Assembly: GCA_030679955.1 (NCBI GenBank)
Contig: JAUXSF010000018.1
Span: 4,320-68,319, forward strand
Length of the DNA stretch: 64,000 nucleotides
From: Chlamydiales bacterium
GTDB lineage: Bacteria; Chlamydiota; Chlamydiia; Chlamydiales; JAJFMA01
Direction of reading: 5' to 3'
This document shows positions 19,042 to 27,042 of this stretch, one piece after another. A program made the translations under genes and the position numbers. The notes below the pieces were generated by a model. That model saw nothing but the letters and a program-made list of their open reading frames with translations, was not told where the DNA came from and did no database searches. Within the stretch, counting starts at the first letter, position 1, and the number at the start of each line of letters is the position of its first letter.

Positions 19042-20124
19042 TTAGGTGGTCTCCGGAAAGAAGGTTTTCAGCTCGTCGTATTCGCGCTGTAGCTTTGGGG
19101 GTACTTCGAAATAGACATCTTCGATGATGCTCGACAATGGAGGTGGTGGCGTATCCTTAGCAACCTTGATGGCTTCGTCTACTTCGCCTTTGATTTTGTC
19201 TAAGAAGGCTCTCTCCTTCTCATCATCCCACAAGCCCTTCTTGCGCAGGTAGCGTGAGAGGCGCAGGACAGGGTCACGCCCTTTCCACTCCTCGACCTCG
19301 ACATCTTCACGGTAGGCAGAGGGGTCATCAGAGGTGGAGTGTGCGCCCAGACGATAAGTCACAGCTTCAATTAGGATTGGCCCTGCTCCGTCAAGGCATT
19401 GCTGCCGCGCTTTGGTTACTGTTTCATGCACGGCGAAGTAGTCATTGCCATCCACTTTGTATGAGGTGATTCCATAAGCCAGCCCCTTTGAAGCGACATC
19501 GAAGGCGGCATATTGATTGCTGGTTTTTGTGGAGATAGCGTAGCCATTATTGCGGCAAAAGAAGATTACTGGGGCGTGTCTGAGGGCGGCAAAATTTAGG
19601 CCGACATGGAAATCTCCCTTGGATGTCGTGCCTTCTCCAAAGTAGCTGACAGCTATGGCATCTTCCTTTTGCAGTTTCATGGCATAGGCACAGCCCGCAG
19701 CATGGGGGATTTTGGTCGCTAAGGGTGAGGATACGGTGACGATATTAAGCTCACGCGAACCGAAGTGGTTGGGCATTTGACGTCCAAGGATCGGATCCTT
19801 GCCATTGCAGAACATATGGTGAATGTATTGCTGGGCGGTCGCGCCACGCCAGAACATGATGCCATCTTCACGATACTGTGGATACAGCCAGTCTTGTAGC
19901 TTTAGCGCCGCAGCACTTGCGACAACGCAACCTTCTTCGCCGTAAGAACTCATAGCAAAACTGATAGCTCCTTGGCGTTGTAGTGTGATCATGCGATCGT
20001 CGATATGACGTGTCATCAGCATGACTTCGTAACCGCGCACTAGTTGATCATCAGGAATAGTATGCTGGCAATTAGTGCTCAGATTCCCGTTTACATCGAG
20101 GTATGATAGCATTTCCATTGGCAT
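19042..20124 (-). CDS. branched-chain 2-oxoacid dehydrogenase E1 alpha subunit
   Basis: TPP-binding GEGTTSKGDFHVGLNFAA and YRLGAHSTSDDPSAYR, the HSTSDD motif typical of BCKDH E1 alpha. Confidence 0.88.
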   Translation of the reverse strand: MPMEMLSYLDVNGNLSTNCQHTIPDDQLVRGYEVMLMTRHIDDRMITLQRQGAISFAMSSYGEEGCVVASAAALKLQDWLYPQYREDGIMFWRGATAQQYIHHMFCNGKDPILGRQMPNHFGSRELNIVTVSSPLATKIPHAAGCAYAMKLQKEDAIAVSYFGEGTTSKGDFHVGLNFAALRHAPVIFFCRNNGYAISTKTSNQYAAFDVASKGLAYGITSYKVDGNDYFAVHETVTKARQQCLDGAGPILIEAVTYRLGAHSTSDDPSAYREDVEVEEWKGRDPVLRLSRYLRKKGLWDDEKERAFLDKIKGEVDEAIKVAKDTPPPPLSSIIEDVYFEVPPKLQREYDELKTFFPETT

Positions 20125-20193
20125 AGCGGCACTTGTTCCCTTTACACAAGCTCATACTGCAAGGTAGGTTTCGTCGGCCAGAAAAAAGGGGGA

Positions 20194-20266
20194 TATTAAC
20201 GCAAAGGCGCGGAGGCGCGAAGAGGTGGAAATTTCTTTACGCCTCTGTGTCTTTGCGTTGAATTCC
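20194..20266. repeat. REP-like palindrome, family A, copy A3
   Basis: TTAACGCAAAGGCGCGGAGGCG ... CGCCTCTGTGTCTTTGCGTTGAA, ending 7 nt from the ankyrin gene stop. Confidence 0.8.
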
Positions 20267-20272
20267 TAAATC

Positions 20273-22960
20273 TCAGGTATTTGTGGGTTTTTGAGCCATG
20301 TAGGTGGTGGCGAAGTCGTCCAGAAGTATCTTTCGTTGTCTATCGTCATCGGGGTCGGCGGTTTTTTTGTTATAGATGTCTTTAAGTAAGTCCCAATCGG
20401 GAGGCCATTTGGGTTTAGATTGAAGGTGTAGGTCTAAATACTCCTGAAGGCTGCCGTTTTTGGAATCTTCGCAGCGCATTTTTTTAATCGCTAAAGCGAG
20501 TTCCTTCGCAGCCTTTGGTCCGATCTTGTCCTCAAGAACCATATAGAGAAGGGCGTACTCCATTCCATTGGAGTTAGCTATGGTGCAGTTGCCGGTTTTC
20601 TGCTGTTTTTGGGCAAGGTAGATACTGGGTTTTAGCTCTAGGTCAGAGTCGATACCCGTTTTAAAGTAATGCTGGGCCATAACCGGAGCGACTCTCATGA
20701 GTGCATGTGGGATGTTCTCTTTCTTTCCGATAGTGTGGCAGTGAATTCCGGGTTCTTTATCCGTGCCTTTGTTGCAGCGACTGACTTTATCGCCAAAGAA
20801 GACTAAGGCGACGCAGTGGCCTAACCAGTCCGTTAACACCGCGGTGGGTTTTCCATCAGCGATTCTTTTGGCTGCTATTGTGGCATCTTTTTCTTCTTTA
20901 ATAGGGTCTATCGAATGTTGGATGGCCTCTTTAACGAGATCTAGGACGGTATTAAGTTCCTCTTTACCCAACACGATTAGGGAGCGGAGAGTATCATCGG
21001 TTAAGGATCTAACGATGCCTTGCCATTTTTCTGAATTTGGATCCTGCAGATCCTTGTAGAAAGCTGTGACTGAGTCCTCTAACGCGATCTTAGCCTGTGG
21101 GAATGACCATGCTTCTCTTGGAAACTGCTTTTCTCCCAAGTTCACGACACCTTTTAAAGAAAAGCGATGGGCTAGCAGTTTGCGGAAGATAAGCTCTTGC
21201 GAGGTGCCGTCGTCCTGAAGTTTTAGCCTCTCAATGACGGGATCGCCAGCTAGTTTTGTATTGGCCAAGGCGGTTGTGTAGGCGGTGTTACCAGCGGGAT
21301 CCAAAGCTGAGCGATAGGGCTGCTTATCCAAAATGGCATTTATAATGGACGGCCCAGCCTTTCTGCAAGCCATCTGAAGGAGGCTGTCTTCGATATTTAA
21401 GGCTTCCAGATCCGCCCCGGCCTCTAATAGGGCAGAAAAGATGGCGGAATCGTCGGAAGTGCATGCAGCTTTTAAAGGATCCCCTAGATCAGGGTTTGCG
21501 TTAACACTCAGAAGCTCCTTCACAATTCGTACATTGTGGTTCCCGCTGGCAATTGATAAGGCCGTTTCACCCGTAGCATTAGTCGCATCTACCTTTACCT
21601 TGGTCTTCAGGTATTCTATCATCTCCAGCTGTCCTTTTCTCGCTGCGATGATCAAAGGTGTGTCACCAAAGCTCTTGGTAATGGCTTCTGTGTCGGCTTT
21701 AGATTCAACCAGTTGTGCTGTCGTGGGCAGATCGCCCTTGGCTACCGCAATGTGTAGGGGTGTTTCTTCCTCGGCATTGCGCGCGTCAGCTAATGCTCCG
21801 GCGTGGAGCAGTTCCCGTACTGCCTCGCTATTTCCCTGTCTACATGCTATCTGCAGGGGAGTATTACCCTCTTTATCCTTGATCTCAAGAGCTCCAGCTT
21901 CTAGAAGCAACTTAAGAAGTGGAACCTCTCCAGAACGTGCTGCGGTATGAAGGGGAGATGACTTACCCAGGTTGAGGACATCAGACCGTGCACCATATTT
22001 GACAAGCTGCTCCACGAGCTCTGGGCGATTATAAAGACACGCGAGGTGTAGGGGCGTGTTGCCGCTTAAATCTGTAGCGTGAACATCTGCACCAGCCTTA
22101 AGGAGCGGCTTCATAACTCCTACATTACCCCTTTCGCAGGCGATGTGTAGGGGAGACTTGCTTTTAGGTTCAGAGCTAACGCTCGCACCGTTTTGTATCA
22201 GTAGCTTGACAATATCACCATGCCCCTGGCTACAAGCGCACTGTAGTGGTGTCCCGGCCCACCGACCTTTAATGGTAATGTCTGCGCCACGAGCGATAAG
22301 TTCCTTAACGGTTTCGACTACTCCGCTTTGGCAAGCGTCATGGAGGGGAGTAGCGTCTTCATCTGTCTTGGCAGCAACTTTAGCACCATTGTCCAAGAGA
22401 AGGCGTACAACTTCCGGGTTTCCATTTCGGCATGCGAAGTGTAGGGGAGTTTGCTTGTGCGATCCGGGGATATTCACTGGGTTGGACCACCAATTTCGAG
22501 CCTTGCCGACAAGGTTCCATCGTCCGCTCTGTATGCTGGTGAGTATTTCGGTTACTAGCTTCAGATCCCCCGACCCGCATGCATGGTGAAATGGTGTATC
22601 CCCGTAAGCATCCTTGCCAAGAGGCGATAGGCCCAGCTGCAGAAGCGCACGTGCTGCCACAAAGTCCTTCTCCTGGCAGGCTAAGGCGAAAGATTGAACA
22701 ATCAGGGGTTCGTGGTGCTCAACGATTTTGGCGGTAGTCAATATAGAAAGAAACTTCTTCCCTTCTGGTGTATTCGTTGACTCGTTAGGGATTGCTTTGA
22801 TGACTTTTAGACAAAGGTCAGCGTGCTGCTGGCACCACGTTTTATCTGATAGAGCTTCCAAAAAAACAGAGACAGACTTGGAGTCACCGGAAAGCCTTTC
22901 CCGGATTTGCTCCTCCGATTGATGTTGGATCATTCGTCTACTATGACTAATAGTATCCAT
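20273..22960 (-). CDS. large ankyrin-repeat protein with a non-ankyrin C-terminal domain
   Basis: 895 aa. More than ten tandem 33-aa ANK units (G-TPLH-AC--G---VV--LL--GA). The C-terminal ~320 aa are non-repetitive and contain a QKQQKTGNC motif. Confidence 0.9.
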   Translation of the reverse strand: MDTISHSRRMIQHQSEEQIRERLSGDSKSVSVFLEALSDKTWCQQHADLCLKVIKAIPNESTNTPEGKKFLSILTTAKIVEHHEPLIVQSFALACQEKDFVAARALLQLGLSPLGKDAYGDTPFHHACGSGDLKLVTEILTSIQSGRWNLVGKARNWWSNPVNIPGSHKQTPLHFACRNGNPEVVRLLLDNGAKVAAKTDEDATPLHDACQSGVVETVKELIARGADITIKGRWAGTPLQCACSQGHGDIVKLLIQNGASVSSEPKSKSPLHIACERGNVGVMKPLLKAGADVHATDLSGNTPLHLACLYNRPELVEQLVKYGARSDVLNLGKSSPLHTAARSGEVPLLKLLLEAGALEIKDKEGNTPLQIACRQGNSEAVRELLHAGALADARNAEEETPLHIAVAKGDLPTTAQLVESKADTEAITKSFGDTPLIIAARKGQLEMIEYLKTKVKVDATNATGETALSIASGNHNVRIVKELLSVNANPDLGDPLKAACTSDDSAIFSALLEAGADLEALNIEDSLLQMACRKAGPSIINAILDKQPYRSALDPAGNTAYTTALANTKLAGDPVIERLKLQDDGTSQELIFRKLLAHRFSLKGVVNLGEKQFPREAWSFPQAKIALEDSVTAFYKDLQDPNSEKWQGIVRSLTDDTLRSLIVLGKEELNTVLDLVKEAIQHSIDPIKEEKDATIAAKRIADGKPTAVLTDWLGHCVALVFFGDKVSRCNKGTDKEPGIHCHTIGKKENIPHALMRVAPVMAQHYFKTGIDSDLELKPSIYLAQKQQKTGNCTIANSNGMEYALLYMVLEDKIGPKAAKELALAIKKMRCEDSKNGSLQEYLDLHLQSKPKWPPDWDLLKDIYNKKTADPDDDRQRKILLDDFATTYMAQKPTNT

Positions 22961-23011
22961 TCTATTATTATAACAATAATAACAGAATTAAAGTAGTTGG
23001 TTCTATGTAGT

Positions 23012-23116
23012 TGGACGCAAGAGACCTTAGTGAGGAAAGGGACAATAGGGACAACGAACGTTCCTGAATCCTATTGTTTCTCTATGGTCCCTTTCGTCCC
23101 TAAGGGCTCTTGTCCA
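23012..23116. repeat. REP-like palindrome, family B, copy B2
   Basis: TGGACGCAAGAGACCTTAGTGAGGAAAGGGAC ... GGTCCCTTTCGTCCCTAAGGGCTCTTGTCCA. The arms are homologous to those of B1. Confidence 0.8.
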
Positions 23117-23121
23117 TGCTG

Positions 23122-23688
23122 TTAATACTGGGCTAGGACTTTTAGAGCTCTGTCCGTCACAAACCTGGCGAGGACCCCACCGCCAATCATTTTGAGTGCA
23201 AGGACTCCGACTGAGTTGGTGCACGCTACTGCGGTCAAAGCGCCGATAGCGGTTGCTACAGCAAGAATGATGTCGAGAGCCTTGTCACTAATACGCATAA
23301 TGATCTTTCGCACATCTTGCTGGTAAGCTGCCGCTGCGGCCCTAGCAGGTGTAAATGTCCATCTGAGGTTTGAGCAGATATTAAGTTTGGCAACTGTGTT
23401 GCAAAACTTCTTGCACCCTCGAATCTCATGCTTAAACCCCTGATAGTGAAGGTAGATGCGTGTTATCGGAGACCATTTAGTTCGAGCTGCGGTATGAAAT
23501 GCATCACCTTTCAGCTGATACCAACTCCAAAGTGGCAGAACTAGAATGAGGCCAAAGGTGGCTTTAACCGCACTTTTGGTACGAATCAACGCATCTTCAG
23601 TTAGGCTAACCATATTATGGTGGTATCTGTAGGCGAGTTGATGATTTGGTGCCCATTTTTGCGAAATAGCTAAAGGTATAAAGTCCAT
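23122..23688 (-). CDS. hypothetical membrane protein
   Basis: Trimmed to the ATG at 23688, because the longer track ORF would overlap the icmF start. Hydrophobic segments: ATFGLILVLPLWSW and DIILAVATAIGALTAVA. Confidence 0.45.
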   Translation of the reverse strand: MDFIPLAISQKWAPNHQLAYRYHHNMVSLTEDALIRTKSAVKATFGLILVLPLWSWYQLKGDAFHTAARTKWSPITRIYLHYQGFKHEIRGCKKFCNTVAKLNICSNLRWTFTPARAAAAAYQQDVRKIIMRISDKALDIILAVATAIGALTAVACTNSVGVLALKMIGGGVLARFVTDRALKVLAQY

Positions 23689-23740
23689 AAATGTCCTATA
23701 TGTTAGAAGAACAATATAAAGGCTAATTGGAATTTTGACT

Positions 23741-26700
23741 ATGTCAATTGTTAGGGTAGTCACAGCTTCTTCATTGTTCGACGGGCATGATGCCTCGATC
23801 AATATCTTTCGTCGTCTTCTGCAAAAGGAGGGTTGCGAGGTCATACACATAGGACACAACCGCTCCGTACAGCAAATTGTCACTACAGCCATTCAAGAAG
23901 ATGCTAATGCCATTTGTATTAGCTCTTATCAGGGTGGGCACATGGAATTCTTTCGCTATCTCTATGATCTTTTAAAGGAGCGAGGAGCCGGTGATGTGAC
24001 GATCTTCGGCGGTGGTGGTGGAACGATCTTACCCAGCGAGATTAAGGATTTACAAGACTATGGTATCACACGCCTTTATCATGTTGAAGATGGCCGGAGG
24101 TTAGGTTTACGTGGAGTTATTAAGGATGCTCTCGAACGCATCAATTCGGTGGCTCGGTCGGCCGATTTCTATGAGGAAGCGTTAAAGGCTGGAAAAGCCA
24201 CTACAGACCTGCAACTGGCCAAGACAATTACTATGGCTGAGCAAAGTACTGATTTTGCCTCCAGGATTCCTGGAGAGGCTAGGGGAAGGACTCCTATCAT
24301 AGGCCTTACTGGTCCAGGAGGTGCCGGAAAAAGCTCTTTAGTGGATGAACTGGTGATGCGCTTTCAATATAGTTCTCCGGAGGGTCGTGTAGGCATTTTA
24401 AGCTTTGATCCAACTAAAAAAGCCACTGGTGGGGCATTGCTAGGCGATCGCATTCGCATGAACAGTATTTACAGTGGACGTGTATTTCTGCGATCGATGG
24501 CAACTCGAGGAAGCGCTACGGAAGTAAGCGCGGCGGTTACCAATGCTTTAAAGCTTATGCAACAGGCTAATTTTGACCTGATTATCCTAGAGACAATTGG
24601 CATTGGTCAAGGAGATACAGCGATCGTCGAGCTATCCGACTTGCCGGTATATGTCATGACTAGTGAGTATGGGGCCTCCACACAGCTGGAAAAGATTGAT
24701 ATGCTAGATTTCGCCGAGTGCGTAGCGATTAATAAATTTGAACGCATGGGATCTTTGGATGCTTTTGAAGATGTTCTACACGCTTATGCTTCGGCACGTA
24801 ATGAAAGAGTGACTAAGGAAAATCGCAACAAGTTCCCTATCTTTGGAACGATTGCCTCACACTTCAACGATCCTGGTGTGACACGACTGTACGAGCATTT
24901 GATTAATTCGCTGCGCAAGAAAGATTTCGAGCTGCCGCATGTAGACCTCAGTCGCGTAGAAACGCTGGATGGTGCTAAATTTTTCACAATTATCCCTCCC
25001 GAACGTACATTTTACCTCGGTGAGATAGCCGACAACGTTCGAGATTATAAGAAGACAACGCAAATTCAATCTGAGATAGCTTCTCAAGTATATCGCCTTC
25101 AAGGGGCTGTTGATGTAGGTGTCGAGGCCTCCGTACAGCTCGGAGCAAAAAAGCAAGAGCTGTCAGGCGATAGCCAAAAACTCATTGAGGAGTATCAGAA
25201 TTTATCAAAGGTATATCGACAGGATACTTTTGAGTATCAAGTGCGCGATAAGATTCACCGCCGCAGCTTATTTACTCAATCCTTGTCGGACTTAAAAATT
25301 CCAAAAATCGCACTTCCAAGCTATCGAGATTGGGGAGATATTTTGACCTTTATGCGTTTGGAGAACTTTCCAGGACGCTTTCCCTACACCGCTGGTGTCT
25401 TCAGCCTCAAGAGCGATGTGGAGGATCCCAAGCGACAGTTTGCTGGGGAGGGATCACCGCAGCGAACCAATAGACGATTTCACTATCTGTCCCGTAACGA
25501 CCTGGCGAAGCGTCTGAGCACGGCATTTGATTCTGTGACGTTATATGGGGAGGATCCAGCCAAGCAACCGGACGTGTACGGGAAAATAGGGAACAGCGGT
25601 GTTAGCATAGCAACCCTAGATGACATGAAGGAGCTATATAAGGGTTTCAACCTAGTTGATGCGTTAACCTCCGTGTCTTTGACCATCAATGGCCCCGCAC
25701 CCATGATATTGGCCATGTTTTTAAACACCGCCATCGATTTTGAGGTAGCTCGCACAAGCGATCCTTATGAACAGACGAAAAAGCGCGTTTTAGAAACTGT
25801 TCGAGGAACGGTACAAGCAGACATTTTGAAAGAAGAACAGGCCCAAAATACCTGCATATTTTCCTCACTTTTTGCGTTAAAGATGATGGGGGATATTCAG
25901 GAGTACTTTATTCAAAACAAAGTAAATAATTTTTACTCTGTTAGTGTCAGTGGCTACCACATTGCTGAAGCAGGTGCCAACCCCATCACTCAATTGGCAT
26001 TTACCCTGGCTAATGGATTCACCTATGTGGAATACTACCTATCTCGTGGTATGGCCATCGACGACTTTGCTCCCAATCTCTCCTTCTTTTTCAGCAGCGG
26101 CTTAGATCCAGAATATTCTGTGATTGGACGAGTAGCTAGAAGAATCTGGGCGACGACGATGCGCCATAAATATGGCGCCAATGATCGCAGTTGCCGACTT
26201 AAGTACCATATTCAGACATCTGGCCGTAGCCTGCATGCTCAAGAAATAGCCTACAATGATGTACGCACAACATTGCAAGCTCTTATGGCTGTGTATGACA
26301 ACTGCAATTCTCTGCACACCAATGCCTATGATGAGGCAATTACTACTCCAACGGAGGAGTCGGTTCGCCGTGCGATGGCTATCCAACTCATCATAACGAA
26401 AGAACTAGGTGCTAGTAAGTGTGACAACCCGATGCAGGGATCATTTTTTTACCAGGAGCTCACAGACCTGGTTGAAGAGGCCGTCTTAAATGAGTTCGAT
26501 TCCATTTCACGTCGAGGTGGAGTTCTAGGCGCCATGGAAAAGCAATATCAACGTCATGCTATTCAGACCGAATCCATGAAGTGGGAAACCCTCAAGTCCA
26601 CTGGTGATCTGCCGATTATTGGCGTGAATACCTTTCTTTCAGATACCGGACAACCCGACTACGAGCATATTGAGGTCATACGTGCGACCGAAGAAGAAAA

Positions 26701-26902
26701 GCAAGTGCAAATTGAACGAGTCGCAAGATTTGTCGAAAAAGCGGGTGATGAAAACGCAAAGGCGCTTGAGAGATTACGCAAGGTAGCTTTGAGCGGTGGA
26801 AACATCTTTGGTGAGTTGATGGAGACAGTCAAGTATGCGTCTCTAGGGCAAATCACCCATCTTCTGTATCAATGTGGCGGCGAATACCGACGCTCCATGT
26901 AG
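23741..26902 (+). CDS. icmF: fused isobutyryl-CoA mutase (B12-binding domain + MeaB-like GTPase + mutase barrel)
   Basis: N-terminal cobalamin-binding motif (SSLFDGHDASINIF), a central P-loop GTPase (GLTGPGGAGKSSL...ETIGIGQGD) and a C-terminal methylmalonyl-CoA-mutase-like substrate domain. The domain order and ~1050-aa length match IcmF. Confidence 0.85.
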   Translation: MSIVRVVTASSLFDGHDASINIFRRLLQKEGCEVIHIGHNRSVQQIVTTAIQEDANAICISSYQGGHMEFFRYLYDLLKERGAGDVTIFGGGGGTILPSEIKDLQDYGITRLYHVEDGRRLGLRGVIKDALERINSVARSADFYEEALKAGKATTDLQLAKTITMAEQSTDFASRIPGEARGRTPIIGLTGPGGAGKSSLVDELVMRFQYSSPEGRVGILSFDPTKKATGGALLGDRIRMNSIYSGRVFLRSMATRGSATEVSAAVTNALKLMQQANFDLIILETIGIGQGDTAIVELSDLPVYVMTSEYGASTQLEKIDMLDFAECVAINKFERMGSLDAFEDVLHAYASARNERVTKENRNKFPIFGTIASHFNDPGVTRLYEHLINSLRKKDFELPHVDLSRVETLDGAKFFTIIPPERTFYLGEIADNVRDYKKTTQIQSEIASQVYRLQGAVDVGVEASVQLGAKKQELSGDSQKLIEEYQNLSKVYRQDTFEYQVRDKIHRRSLFTQSLSDLKIPKIALPSYRDWGDILTFMRLENFPGRFPYTAGVFSLKSDVEDPKRQFAGEGSPQRTNRRFHYLSRNDLAKRLSTAFDSVTLYGEDPAKQPDVYGKIGNSGVSIATLDDMKELYKGFNLVDALTSVSLTINGPAPMILAMFLNTAIDFEVARTSDPYEQTKKRVLETVRGTVQADILKEEQAQNTCIFSSLFALKMMGDIQEYFIQNKVNNFYSVSVSGYHIAEAGANPITQLAFTLANGFTYVEYYLSRGMAIDDFAPNLSFFFSSGLDPEYSVIGRVARRIWATTMRHKYGANDRSCRLKYHIQTSGRSLHAQEIAYNDVRTTLQALMAVYDNCNSLHTNAYDEAITTPTEESVRRAMAIQLIITKELGASKCDNPMQGSFFYQELTDLVEEAVLNEFDSISRRGGVLGAMEKQYQRHAIQTESMKWETLKSTGDLPIIGVNTFLSDTGQPDYEHIEVIRATEEEKQVQIERVARFVEKAGDENAKALERLRKVALSGGNIFGELMETVKYASLGQITHLLYQCGGEYRRSM

Positions 26903-26909
26903 CTCTTTT

Positions 26910-26987
26910 ATGGACCTTATGGACAGAAGAGATACCTCGTCATTGTAACCACGACGAAATTAGAGTCTTCTCGTCCATAAGGTCCAT
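26910..26987. repeat. REP-like palindrome, family B, copy B3 (terminator-like, followed by TTTTT)
   Basis: ATGGACCTTATGGACAGAAGAG ... TCTTCTCGTCCATAAGGTCCAT, starting 8 nt after the icmF stop and followed by a T-run. Confidence 0.8.
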
Positions 26988-26991
26988 TTTT

Positions 26992-27032
26992 GAAAAAAAA
27001 ACTTCAGGCCAGGAATAGACCTGGTCTGAAGT
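26992..27032 (-). terminator. rho-independent terminator of the RAP-domain gene
   Basis: On the minus strand, the stem ACTTCAGACCAGG/CCTGGCCTGAAGT (27001-27032) is followed by a 9-nt U-run (A-run 26992-27000 on +), 11 nt after the stop at 27043. Confidence 0.7.
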
Positions 27033-27042
27033 TCGATGCTAC

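Noticed and set aside
23689-23892. N-terminal 68 codons of track ORF 23122..23892 (-), which overlap the icmF start by about 150 nt.
   Set aside because: The extension is Cys/Arg-rich with no SD and is antisense to the conserved B12-binding motif of icmF. The internal ATG at 23688 gives a non-overlapping gene.
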